Shown piece after piece: positions 48,765-61,698 of a stretch of 64,000 nucleotides of DNA. The notes under the pieces were generated by a model. That model searched no databases. It was given only the letters and a program-made list of their open reading frames with translations, and had not been told where the DNA came from. How positions within the stretch are numbered: position 1 is the first letter of the stretch; each line of letters opens with the position of its first letter. Origin of the DNA: Cetorhinus maximus. Taxonomy: Eukaryota. The position numbers were made by a program, and so were the translations under genes. The stretch is taken from assembly GCF_964194155.1 (NCBI RefSeq), contig NC_135896.1, forward strand, positions 18,538,001 through 18,602,000, given 5' to 3'.

Positions 48765-49433
48765 AGCTATATTTTACCCTCCTCGCTGGCATGTATGAAG
48801 GTGGGCGGGGTTCTTAAAATCCAGCGGGTATCCTGCCAGCCTCCTTCTGACCCGCCCCCTGTCCTGTCTCCTATTTCAGGGAGCCGGCGAAAGCAAGGGT
48901 GGCCCATCATCTAGCGGCCTACTGAGGCCCTTAAGTGTCCAATTAATGGCCTCACCCTGCTGCTATTTTACCCATGGCATTGGGGAGGCCACAGCAAACG
49001 GGTTTCACGGCAGCTTTTACTGGGTGGGCTGGTGCAGGGCAAAGGGGAGGGCCGATCATCCTTTGGGGATCAGCTGTGCCATCAGCAGTATCTTCCCAAC
49101 AAGATCATAGGCACCCATCCTCCCAAACCTGGTCCCCAAAACTCTCACCTCCCTCGCTAGGGCCTCCCAGCCAAGCCCCGCCAATACCCCCAATTTACCT
49201 TCGGTCCGGCCTCCATAACCTCCTCTTCTTCAGGACAGTCTGTAGTCCCATCAGTGGCCACCACTCAAACCTGGTGCTGCAGGGACTCCAGAGCTGCTCT
49301 CTATGGCGAGAGTCTATTAACACTCCGCCTAGTGTAAAATGGCTGCGGGCAGCGGAACTTTTCATTGGCAGGCGCCCAACTAACTTTATCTTCGGAGGTG
49401 CGGGGAACACGGTGCTCCATAAAATCTAGCTCC
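48765..49433. mobile_element. Degenerate MITE-like element
   Basis: gaggcccttaagtgtccaattaatggcc motif shared with 34290 and 42110; end taaaatctagctcc. Confidence 0.4.
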
Positions 49434-49879
49434 GAGAGTTTATTGGAGAAGCAACATCAAGGAATGAGCAAACATGAGCTATCAGGAGGCAGTGAGAGCA
49501 GCATGCAGTAGAAGTGACTGGTGTAACATTGCATCCAACCTTCGGTAAGAGGAAGGAGCCAAAAAAAAACAATTTTGTGGCACTGTTCGGAGAAAAGCTG
49601 GGACGTTTTTCTTGACACCCAGGCCAAGATTAACTCCTCAACCAAAACCTTAAAAAAACAGATGACCTTGTCATTAATCTTATTGCTATTTGCAAGTTGG
49701 CTGTCACATTTCCTCTATTACAACAACCAACAATGCGTAGCTTCTAATTGGTCTCAAGATCTGACCGACTTTTGCAGCAATTACAATTAGGGATTAAAAG
49801 AGGAGGTCAGCTACAATATGCCAGCACAATTATATCTTGGGCATTGTGACACAGTGTTCCTCTCCTGATGATAAAATGT

Positions 49880-50150
49880 GATGTTCTCCAACTTACAACC
49901 CACTGTGAGCTCTGCACTCCTCTAATTCTGGCAATTTTTACAATTTCCTTTGCTCCAACATTAGTGGCAATGCTTTCAATTGCCTCAGCCTCAGGCTCTG
50001 GAATTCCCTCCCTAAATTTTTCCACCTTCCTCCCTTCCTTTAAAGTACTCCTTAAAACCTCTTTGAACAAGCATTTGATCACTTATCCTAATATCTCTTT
50101 CTATGACTCAGTATAAAATTTAGTCTGATAATCGTCCTTAGGTCGTTTTG
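49880..50150 (+). mobile_element. Decayed L2 LINE 3' end
   Basis: ctctgcactcctctaattc...gctttc...ctctggaattccctccct...tttaaag..ctccttaaaacc (LWNSLP..FK..LKT). Confidence 0.5.
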
Positions 50151-50184
50151 TTAGATTAATTAGATTAATGAGAGAGAGAGAGAA

Positions 50185-50600
50185 AAAAGACTTGCATTTG
50201 TATAGCACCTTTCACAACCACTGGACGTCCCAAAGCAGTAACCAATCAAGTACTTTTGGTCACTGTTGCAATGTAGCCAACTTGCGCATACCAAGCACCC
50301 ACAAACTACAATGTGATAATCACCAGATAATCTGTTATTTATGATGTTGATTGAGGGATAAGTATTTGCTGGGACACTGGAGATAACACCCCTGCTCTTC
50401 AACGAAAGCCTCATTTGATCTTTCACAATCACCTGAGCGGGCAGACTGGGCTCGGTTTAACATCTGATCTGAAAGACTGCACCTCTGACAGTGCAGCACT
50501 CCGTCAGTATTGCACTGGAGTGTCAGCCTTAACTTTTATGCTTGGTTCCTGGAATGGGATTATGAACTCACAGTTTCCTGGCTCAGTGACAAGAGTGCGA
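50185..50600 (-). mobile_element. Deu-domain SINE
   Basis: Reverse tail, core and head (ctgagccatggctg). Confidence 0.75.
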
Positions 50601-52744
50601 CCAGCTGAGCCATGGCTGGCACCTATAAAGGTGCTATATAAATGTAAACTGCTGTCAGCTTGAGCTAGTTTCAACAAAGTTACCAAAGGATCAACAAGAA
50701 AGACTGTAGCCTTCCCGGGAATCCCGGCAACTAGGCATTTCTCAGATAACAGGCACTTCAGAATATAGAACATTTGGGACAGATACATGTAATTTATACT
50801 GAATGGACCAAGCCGTCAGGTGTCTGATGTTAACCTCAGTATCATAAATGTGGTTGGCTCAGGGGACATGATAATTCAGCTGATGCTTTCTTTTGTTTGC
50901 TTTGTCAGAAAACTTATACATGAGGCATTTAGACTGAAATATTCTTATGGTGGTGCTACCTTATCAAATATTTATATGTTATTCAATGCCCAGCTGTCAC
51001 ATTTCCCTTTACTCCGCCCAGAGATTAACCTCCCAGCTGGACGAATAAGCCAACTGATGTTTCCATAACATTTGAAATAATAGTAAGGCAAGGAACAGGA
51101 CCACAAGGCTTCAACCCCAAAGTGCATCAGAAAAGAGGTTCTTTTTTGTTAACGCACTTGTAACAAGTTATACAGCGAATGGCGAGAGGTCCTCCCACTT
51201 GTAGTGAAGCCGATTAACTTTTGGTCCCTTTTTTGTTCTCTGTCAAATAATAAAACCATTCTTTTTTCTTATCTATGGTCTTGTATTGGCATCCTTTGTG
51301 TAGTCAAATTAAATAACAACTGCTGGATTCTAGTAAATGCCATCAGTAATCCAAATGCTCAGTTAATATGTGTTCTCGACAGCTTTGTTTTATAATATGT
51401 ACAAGGCTGGCAATAACTTCCCAGCAAAACTGCAAAACAAACAAGAGGACAAGAGGCGGCTAGCTGTGAATTACAACGCAGTAATTCAGCCGAGCGGCGC
51501 TGATGGTGCTATAAACTACACAGAGCTCAGCACTGAATTATTGCATTAGACTCATTGCCAACTGTTTGCTATTCTTTCTCAATAAGTTTTTTTTTAACTT
51601 CAATAGTTCTTTGTTGGTCAATTTTAGGACTTGTGGCAGATGTGCTGATCGTGGTTCAAACTTATCTGAACAGGTACTGGGTTCAGGCTGCTGCAGACAC
51701 ATGAAGGCGAGGGGAAAGATATTCTTTGCCAGCATGTTGTAATGATCTGGATTGTACGAGGGCTAGGGGGAAAGGGCACAGGGGCTAATCGGACAGCTTT
51801 CACAGAGAGCTGGCACAATCATGATGGACTGAATGGCCTCTCTCAGTGCTGTAATTCTTTCTTGGGAAGGATTATCTTACATGGAGAACACGTCAATGAT
51901 TAGGAGTAATTCTCGGTCAGAGATTGAACGGAAAGTTTAAGTAATATCAGAAGCTTTGAGAGTGAAGCTGATGTTCTTTACAAACCTTCACCTCAGCTGC
52001 AAGTTTCGATTTTTTTTTTTTACAAAAGGTACATTGTAAAGTAGCCGTCATTGTCAATACCGCCAGCTGCACTCTAACTGAAGGAATGGCGATGTCATCA
52101 TTTTGGCATGACAACAGGAAAGAATTTACTGTCAATTACCGCACATTCAACGTACTATAAACTTCAATGTGTGAAATCAAAAAAGAGGATACAACACATA
52201 AGAGGGGAATTAAGTTCACAGTGAAGAGCTGCACAAGAAGGGAATGCAGGTCAGGAAGTCGGAACTGTTGTGTTGTAGCTCTGTCTCCAACCCTTGCTCC
52301 CTTCAAAGTGTTGCTCTGAACCGTGAGTGCTGGATTGCTGAATGTAACCTTTACTGTAGTCTTTTATGTTGCAGTTAACAGGCAGAAGGACTGAGATAAC
52401 AGTCCTAACACTGTGCAGAGAAAACCTGGGCAATTTATCAACATCGCCTGTAAACATACTTAAAGCTGAGTCGCTCCTTATAATATATATGGTACTTTTA
52501 AAAATTGCATTCAAGTGTCAAAATGGACAGCAGTGGCACGAGCAATTTGTGTGATTTGAGTTGTAGTAGCACTGGTTATCACTTATAAGAAAGTGTTTAA
52601 TATCTGGGTATGAGTCATGTGCTTCACACATCAGTTTAATGGCACTATGCAGTAGCGCATTGAATGCATTCAACCTCCTTTTCACTCGCAATTCTGCATG
52701 CCAGCTTATCTGGGCACTGCTGATTTTCTCTCCACCATGTTACA

Positions 52745-54146
52745 TCAGTAAGGATAGTGTTAACTCCTCCTCCCTCAGTAAGGATAGTGCTGACTCCTCC
52801 TCCCTCCGTAAGGGTCGTGCTGACTCCTCCTCTCTCAGTAAGGGTAGTGCTGACTCCTTCTCCCTCAGTAAGGATAGTGCTGACTCCTCCTCCCTCAGTA
52901 AGGGTAGTGCTGACTCCTCCTCCCTCAGTAAGGGTCATGCTGACTCCTCCTCCCTCAGTAAAGGTAGTGCTGACTCCGCCTCCCTCCGTAAGGGTAGTCC
53001 TGACTCCTCCTCCCTCAGTAAGGGTCATGCTGACTCCTCCTCCCTCAGTAAGGGTAGTACTGACTCCTCCTCCCTCAGTAAGGGTAGTGCTGTCTTCTCC
53101 TCCCTCAGTAAGGGTCGTGCTGACTCCTCCTCCCTCAGTGAGGGTAGTGCTGACTCCTCCTCCCTCAGTAAGGATAGTGTTAACTCCTCCTCCCTCAGTA
53201 AGGGTAGTGCTGACTCCTCCTCCCTCAATAAGGGTCATGCTGACTCCTCCTCCCTCAGTAAGTGTAGTGCTGACTCCTCCTCCCTTAGTGAGGGTAGTGC
53301 TGACTCCTCCTTCCTCAGTAAGGGTAGTGCTGACTCCACCTCCCTCAGTAAGGGTCATGCTGACTCCTCCTCCCTCAGTGAGGATAGTGCTGACTCCTCC
53401 TCCCTCAGTAAGGGTCATGCTAACTCCTCCTCCCTCAGTGAGGGTAGTGCTGACTCCTCCTCCCTCAGTAAGGGTAGTGCTGACTCCTCCTCCCCCAGTA
53501 AGGGTAGTGCTGACTCCTCCTCCCTCAGTAAGAGCAGTGCTGACTCCTCCTCCCTCAGTAAGGGTAGTGTTGACTCCTCCTCATCCAGTAACGGTAGTGC
53601 TGACCTCCCCCCACCTCAGTAAGGGTAGTGCTGACTCCCCTTCTCTCAGTAGGGGTAGTGCTGACCCCCCGTCCCTCAGTAAGAGTAGAGCTGAATCCTC
53701 CTCCCTCAGTAAGGGTAGCGCTGACTCCTCCTCCCTCAGTAAGGGTAGTGCTGACTCCCCCTCCCTTAGTAAGGGTCGTGCTGACTCCTCCTCCCTATGT
53801 AAGGGCAGTGCTGACTCCTCCTCCCTCAGTAAGGGTCATGCTGACTCCTCCTCCCTCAGTAAGGGTAGTGCCGACTCCTCCCTCAGTAAGGGTCATGCTG
53901 ACTCCTCCTCCCTCAGTAAGGGTCATGCTGACTCCTCCCTCAGTAAGGGTAGTGCTGACTCCTCCTCCCTCAGTAAGGGTCATGCTGACTCCTCCCCCCT
54001 CAGTAAGGGTAGTGCTGACATCCCCTCCCTCAGTAAGTGTAGTGCTGACCCCCCCTCCCTCAGTAAGGGTAGTGCTGACCCCCCCCCCCCTCCCTCAGTA
54101 AGGGTAGTGCTGACTCATCCTCCCTCAATAAGGCTCTTGCTGACTC
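52745..54146 (+). repeat. 30-bp minisatellite (~46 units, TCAGTAAGGGTAGTGCTGACTCCTCCTCCC)
   Basis: Exact 30-bp period to ~53580, then units with indels. Confidence 0.97.
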
Positions 54147-57100
54147 ATTGGGCTGGATTTTTAAAAAGCTCAGGACCCTGCTCAGAGATGAGCAGTTGAG
54201 TAATACGGCAACTCTGGCCTCCTTGCCGATTGCCCACTGTGAACCTGACCCCAAACTATTTTAAAGGAGGCTAGCTTGGGGTCAGATCAGCTGCCCGTCA
54301 GCAAGCAGTGGGCAGCTAATTGATGCTAATTATATTGAATTAAGAGGCCCATTGAGGCCCTGTTCCTGCTCTGACTGAATTTTCCAGTCAGCAACGTAGG
54401 CCTGGGCCACATGGTGGGCTAAGGGCGGATTAGGAGTGAAAATGGTGAATCACAGAGGTGACACCCCCTGCCAGAGCCATAATGGCTGCCAGTTATCCCA
54501 GTTATCAGCTGGGTTCCTTTCACGGTGGCCTCAGTTATAAAGTTGAACATATCTTTGTGTTATATGGGATATAAAATGTTCAGGGATATGCCTGAAAGCT
54601 GTAACACATATGGAAGTTCAACTGACGTTCTTAAATGACTTCTGCTTTACTTATGCAGTTTATCAGAGCTCTTCTCCGGATTGCTGTGGTGTTTCATTTT
54701 GTTATCCTAAGTCTGATTTGTAATGTGTATCTATTATGTTCAATTTTAATTCCTTCAGTTCAACCTCATTAAAATGATTTCTAACAATCTGTTTAGAAAT
54801 GTTTTAGATACGTGAATGGAGATTGTACCCTACGAGGGCTAAGAATTGCTTGAGATGAAGAATTCCATGGCTGCTTTATACACTTATAATTTCTATATTA
54901 GAACTTTATCATGAGACCAGCAAAGACAATTTCTGTTTTCGTGATGCTACGTGGCAGAAAATGTGTGCATATTTTCAAAGATGGGCTGCAGTTGGAGGAT
55001 TAAAGATTATTAGAATCTCTAAACAGGGATGTGGCATACAAACACTTCCCTGCATTAGCATCTAATTGAGTGCTTTAGACAGCCATGCCCTGTCATTATT
55101 GCTATCTGGGCATTTGCAACACGCACAGATTGTGCTGTGCTGTCCTGTGGGGCTTTCAGCTAATGGGCATTGGCCATTACATATGGCCTTGGACAGACTT
55201 AGGGGAGGGGATGGTGGTGTGGCGGGGCCACAGAGTTTCCGACAGCACTTGAGGCCGCAGTAATTACTGTCACAATGCTTGCCACACACCTGATGTCTAC
55301 CTGTGGGCACAGCTCCAGCACAAGGAATTGTGGGATTGTTGTTTGTCCTTGAATCAGCAGCTCACAGCTGTGCACTTTATTTTTTTTTCTAGTATGTATC
55401 TGGAGGCGAAAAGGCTAGTCACCAAACCCACGACAACAGCAGGCATTAAATATTATTCTCATCAATGCTCAATTTTGTTTGAGAAATTACTGACTAGTGT
55501 TCAGGCAAATGCCAGGCTTCTATTGCTATTCTCACACAGGTCGCAGATCCAAGATGGTTTTAAAGGGGCATTGCCACCTATTGCAATGCCTATATTTGAC
55601 CGTTTGTACACATTAACACATGGTTAGTAAAACAATGACCTTGTCATCTCACCAGTTGCATATTTTAAGGCTAGCAATTGTTAGTAGCATTATTTGCAAT
55701 GTAAGAATATGGCAAACATTCAAGTTACAATAGAATTAAGAGTATGCAATATTAGGGTAGGAATGTTTTTTTAATGTTTGTGTAACGGATTTCGGCAATA
55801 CTGACAAGGGCATTGAGCCATTCATTTTAATTCTTTTTAATTGAGTTAATGTTCAGTTAAAACAATGTCATACAGAGCGTCAAGTTCTCATACGTTAGTA
55901 TCATATGTTGGCTATGAAGTAATGTTATGAATTCATGGGGTTTCACCAGCTGGGAATACATACCAGGATTTCCGCTGTCTGTCTGAATTCTCTGCAGGTG
56001 GGGCTCTACCCCAGGAATGCCAATTCATAAAATTACCCCTACCATGGCTGCTGCTACACAAGCTTCCTCTAATAGTTAACTCAGCAAACATTCAAGGCAG
56101 TGGCTTTGTCACTCTGTTAAATCTCACCCTCTCTCTGCTCTCTGGCTCTTATCTAAACACTATTTATCTTCAACCTCAGTGATATCCTTAAAGTTCTGAA
56201 AAATAATTTTTTAAAGAACAATGCAGCCAGATTGCCCCTTTGATGGTAACTGGATAGCAAGATCCCAATTTCTCACCAGTGAATGACTAAAAACAAAACC
56301 TTTGCAGCCACAAATGTGGTTATGGGGTATTATTAGTTGCAGTGCAGGAGATGCAAGGTCTTAAGGGCTTGGGAGTAATTTGGGTTCTTGGAATTGAGGG
56401 ATGCGAATTTATTCATCCCATTCCCCACCCACCCCCTTTAAAAAAAGAATGCTGACCTGCATGCAGCTTTCTATTTTGTGATTAATTTCTTCTGATGGAG
56501 AATTTTATTTCAAAAGCTGTGGCAAACTAAAGCTGATGGTTCAGTGGCGTGTCTGGAGGGGCCATGGTAATTTTTGTAAAAACGTGCACTATATTTTTTG
56601 GCAACTTCCTGCTGCTGTTGTTGATGTGTCTCATGTGTTGAGGACATGGATCCTGAAGGCCTGCAGCAATCTCATCATTAATAATTCTATATCCATATTA
56701 AACGATTTGCAAGGACACAATGAGGGGTTTGCAACTTTATCACAACACAATGGGAGTTGCTACAAAGCCAGAACAAACTTAGGAGACATTCAGAAAATTA
56801 AGCCCTTGACACAATGTCTTTTGGCAGGATTCACGGATCCACGTCTTGGCACCTTGTGGTATTCTACCTTCATTTTTAATTGACCTGAAAAAAATGCAGC
56901 CTTTTCTTCATGCTTTGGGAATCCACAGCATTGCTACCTGCTGGACTTATCTCAACAATAACAACTTGCTTTCATATCGCATCTCTAATGTAGTAAATTT
57001 CATATCTTAAATGGTATTGCAAATAGGAAAGAGAATCTCCAAGTTTATAGAAATGTGACTATATATATATATATATAATAGCTCTAGTTATCAGCACAGA

Positions 57101-58578
57101 CCATGATGGGCTGAATGGCCTCCTTCTGTGCTATACGATCCTGTGAAACATTAAAAGAAACATCCTGCCAATAATGGGGAAGAAGTTAATAAAATTACCT
57201 CTTCTAATTTTCAGGAAGAGAAATTGCTTTGGATAAATAGGATCCTATGACACAAAGCAAAGACCTGTGTGTACACTTGCATGACTGAATATGTGTTTGT
57301 AAATTTATAAGGAATTGAATTGGATTGAAGGAGGATTTCAGGAGTAACAGAATGCTTTATAAAATGGTTTATGCTGAGAACAGATTATGTTGTCTCATTG
57401 TAGTATGGGTGACACTGCATCACAGTGCATGTACAGCATGCAATTAACATGGTTCTTGCTTGTATTTGCAAGGTCAAATAATTTAAATAAGTTGAACATG
57501 CTCCCTGACCATATTGGCTGCAATGCAGGGAGTGTGATTGATGCAGGTTAGGGTATCTGGTGCAACGTAGCAACACCGCTGGGAACATTTTAAAAGGGAG
57601 GTCGAAAATTCTTAGAGCCTTTGGAAATGATACAAATAACTTTTAATTATTTGTCATGCCTTTTCAGAAGATGCATGGAGGGGAAGGTGTATCAGACCAA
57701 TAGCAAAGGAAGGCAAACACAATTTAGAAACACACACATCACCCGGCTGGAAGGGAATGCAGATATCCATCAGGAGCTGACTCCTAAATTATACGTCAAA
57801 GCATTAGTGCCTACTCAAAAGCACTTTCTATCAAAGTGCAAGTGGCATTATAACTACAGCCTAAGATCCTGAGGAAACTGAACCTGAACAATCTCAGCAC
57901 CATTCACCTAGAAGTGCAAAACTGATTTGAGTTCAGCGCTCATTGCTGTTATCACCCAGATTTTATACTTTAGTGACCTTGAGTGCATATCAGAATATTG
58001 AGCGCTGTGTATCGCACACCCTTTATGCATTCTGCATTGTTTTTCATCCATTCAAACCAATAGATGGAAAATCAGATGGGGGCTATGTACCAGTATTCTG
58101 ACATATTCTGTGCCAGGAATGAAAAAGCTCACGGCCCCTCTCTAAGGTACCATAAAGTTGGCTGGTGTGGGAATTGAAGATGCCACATTTGTGCATTGGG
58201 AGATTTTCTTCTGAGATGGGGGGGTGGTGGGAAAGAATTGGTGGAGCAGAGGAGTTGGAACTTTAGGTGCACCTAACTCACATGCTTATCTGGAGCTCTC
58301 AATGCTGGCACCCAGTGCTAAGAGGGTGGGAGTTGGGGGGTGGTGGGAGGTGGTGGCTCGTAAAGCCTTTCCATCCAATTAAAAGACTCACTTAATTAAG
58401 AAATTATTTTAATTGCTGCTAATTTGGTATGATATAAAAAGTTACATGACAGAGAGACCATTATAGTACTGATTGAAAACTTAAAACTGTAACAAGTTGC
58501 GCCCCTGGTTCCCCCAAATCAAATGGCATCAAATTTGTGTAATGCCACCATTACACCAGTTTCACAATAACACATAGT

Positions 58579-59290
58579 GGGAAGAATTATCCCCCTGTTG
58601 GGGGGGAAGTGCAGGAGCGGGCACGTACGTGCGCGCCTCCGATCGGCGTCCCCACTCGGGGGCGCGCTGCCATTTTGCGTGGGTGGGGCAATTAAGGCCC
58701 GCCCAGCATGACCTCCGCCTAGAAGCGCTAAGCACTCCCTGTGCGGGCGGGGGGGGGGATTCCCTCAGCCAAGAGTGCACTCTTTCGCGCACACGCATGA
58801 AAGGGCGCGCTCATCTCCCTGAGGCTAAGTGCTGCCTCAGGGAGATCGGCGCCAAATTTAAAAATGGTGAAGGGGCAAAAATAAAATTTCCCTGACATGT
58901 CCCCTCATGTGACACTGTCATCTGAGTTGGGATAAGTCCATCATTTTTAATCAAACATTTATTAAATTTTTAAAAACCCTCATGAAACCTCATCCCGCCC
59001 GTGGATGGGGTTTCATACTTTTTCTGAAGCCCGCCAGGGCTCCAGGCCTGCCCGTAAACCTTAAGGTTGGACGGGCAGGTCCATTAATGAGCTTAATTAC
59101 TTTTTCACCTGCCTCAATAGGCCGTTGACAGGTCGGCGGGCGCACAGCTGATTCGGCTGCGCCCCCGCTGACCTGAAATTGAAATGATGTGATGTGACAT
59201 CAGGAGTTCTGCCCAACGCCATCCGGGGTCATTTTACGCGTCAGCGAGCGGGCCCCGTCCCCCCCACTCGCCGACCTAAATATCCTGGCC
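58579..59290 (+). mobile_element. Harbinger-family MITE
   Basis: TIRs GGGAAGAATT / ATATCCTGGCC; closely colinear with the 22128-22846 copy. Confidence 0.82.
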
Positions 59291-59329
59291 ATAGTGTGTT
59301 TTGTATTCTCTATAATAAAGAAAGCACTT

Positions 59330-59625
59330 AAATTTATGTAATAGCATTTTTCACATTCAGTCCCACACACGCCAATAAATTAAATGACCAACAAATCAGT
59401 TTTAAGCCATGTCCTTTGAGGGAATAAATGTCAGCCAGAGCACCACCAGCTTTTCCTAGAATAGTGCCATAAGATCCTTTACAGGACAGATGGGGATTTT
59501 GTTTAACGTTGTATCGGAAAGATGGCATCTCCAACAATGCAGCATTCCTTCAGTGAGATACTGAGATGTTAACCTAGATCACGTGCATCAGTCCTAGAGT
59601 GGTCTTAAACCCACACCCTCTGACT
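59330..59625 (-). mobile_element. Deu-domain SINE (degenerate)
   Basis: aatagtgccataagatcc, gaaagatggcatctcc in reverse. Confidence 0.6.
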
Positions 59626-59715
59626 AATGTAATATAATAATCTCATGTGACAGAGCCCCACCAATCAATACTATCATTTCAGACTAAATATTCATTATAT
59701 ACAAGCATTTATCTA

Positions 59716-60057
59716 GGGGGAGGTGGTGGCATAGTAGTATTGTCACTGGACTACTATTTCAGGGACACTAAGATAATGCTTTGGGGACCTAGCTTCAAAT
59801 CCCACCAAGGCAGGTGGTGAAATTTGAATTCAATAAAAAGAAACTGGATGATTTCATGGTCTGATGATGATGACCATGAAATCATTACCAATTGTCATAA
59901 AAACCCATCTGGTTCACTAATGTCCTTTAGGGAAGGAACCCTGCTATCCTTACCTGGTCTGGCCTACATGTGACTCCAGAGCCACAGCAATGTGGTTGAT
60001 TCTTAAATGCCCTCTAAACAAGGGCAATTAAGTGCCTAGCCAGTGACAAATAAAAAA
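59716..60057 (+). mobile_element. tRNA-derived SINE with LINE-like 3' tail
   Basis: gtggcatagtagt A-box, ttcaaatccc B-box; 3' aagggcaatt...cctagccagtgac resembles the tail of the 47555 LINE family. Confidence 0.7.
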
Positions 60058-60393
60058 TATATATTGGTATTAATTAGTGATAGATATTCTGACTTTATTC
60101 TCTTTCTAATGCTAGTGTTTAGAAAGAATACCTTATGTCACTTATGATGCCATGGTAGTGTCATCTTATGAAGTAAAAAATCCTTGGAAGCCTTCTGCAT
60201 GTCTTCTTCCTGAGGCTGCAGGTACTCAGGAATATCAACAGGCATTCACCTACTTGAGGATATCAGCATCAATTCAGGTAACTGGAAACCTTAGGAACAA
60301 TTCAATTACCCTGAATCAATAGGAACAGTTCAGGTAGTCAGAGATATCGTCAACAATTCATATACTCAGGCACACCAAAGAGAGATACACCAT

Positions 60394-60808
60394 CTTTCAC
60401 AACCACCAGAAGTCTCAAAGTGCTTTACAGGAAATGAAGTACTTTTGAAGTGTAGTCACTGTTGTAATATAGGAAACACAGCAACCAATTTGCACACAGC
60501 AAGCTCCCATGAACAGCAGCTTGATGACCAGATAATCTGTTTTAGTGATGTTGATTGAGGGATAAATATTGGCCAGGAGACCAGGGATAACTCCCTCTAC
60601 TCTTCTTTGAAATAGTGTTATAGGATCTTTTGCATCCCTTGAGAGGGCAAATGGGCCTCGGTTTAGCATCTCATCCTCTGACAGTGCAGCATTCCCTCAG
60701 TGCTGTACCGGATTATCAGCCTAGATTGTTGTGCCCAAGAGTGGGACTTGAACCCGCAACCTTTGATTTAGATGTGAGGCTGTTACCCACTGAGTCATAG
60801 CTAACACT
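60394..60808 (-). mobile_element. Deu-domain SINE
   Basis: Reverse core gttgattgagggataaatattggccagg; head gggacttgaaccc..cactgagtcatagct. Confidence 0.78.
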
Positions 60809-61124
60809 GAATAATCTGGGGCCTTCAGAGACAACTTGGCGACATTAGCAGCAATTCAGGTTCTTGGAGACATTGGGAATATCCTGTTATTTGAGGATCT
60901 GAGCAATTCAGGTACTCTGAGACATTAGGAACAATTCAGATAATTGGAACCATCAACAACAATCCAGGTGACAGAAGGCATGAGCAACAAGTCAGGCACT
61001 TGGAGACAATGCAAACTATTGAAGTACTCAGACATTTGGAACATTTCAGGTTTTCAAGGATTTTGGCAACAGCTAAGATACTCAAAAACATAGGAGCTAC
61101 TTGGGGACATGGAATTCAGATAAC

Positions 61125-61698
61125 CAGGAAGCTATGCAAAACCTATATAAGCATTAGTTTAGCCCCAGTTTAAGTATTGCATCCAACACTTTAAGAAGGA
61201 TGCAAAGGTTTAGGAGAGGGTGTATAAGAGGTTTTTCTACAATGATTCCAAGGATGAGGGGTTACAGTTATGTGAATAGACTGGAGAAGCTGGGGTTGTT
61301 TTCCTTAGCATAGAGAAGGCTAAGGAAGTTTTGATAGAGATGTTTGAAATCATGAAGGGTTTCAATACAGTAAATAAAGAGAAACTGTTTCCAGTGATGA
61401 AGGGTTGATAACCAGAGAGCAACAATTTAAAGCGATTAGCAAAACTTCCAGAGGCGACTTGAGAGGAAACCTTTTTTACATTAGGATTTGGAAATCACTG
61501 CTGTTAGGGTGGTGGGTAGAAATGTAATAGTTGCATTCAAAAAGCAGCTGGATAAATACTTGAAGGAGAAAAATTAACGCAGGGATATATAGGGAAAGAG
61601 TGGGGCAATTGGACTAACTGGATTGCTCTTTGAAAGAACTGATGCAGAATCAATGGGCTGAATGGCCTCTCTGTGCTGTACTGTTTTATGATTCTATG
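61125..61698 (+). mobile_element. CR1 LINE 3' fragment
   Basis: LY..LV.PQ, RLEKLGLFSL..RRLR, tail atgggctgaatggcct..tgtgctgta..tatgattctatg. Confidence 0.8.

Noticed and set aside
52639-54199. Long ORFs of 327, 480 and 257 aa
   Set aside because: Artefacts of a 30-bp (multiple of 3) minisatellite open in several frames on both strands; no unique coding context or splice structure.
60810-61120. Regularly spaced CAATTCAGG motif that superficially recalls a CRISPR array
   Set aside because: Eukaryotic context, the intervening sequences are themselves related (decayed tandem repeat), and there are no cas genes.
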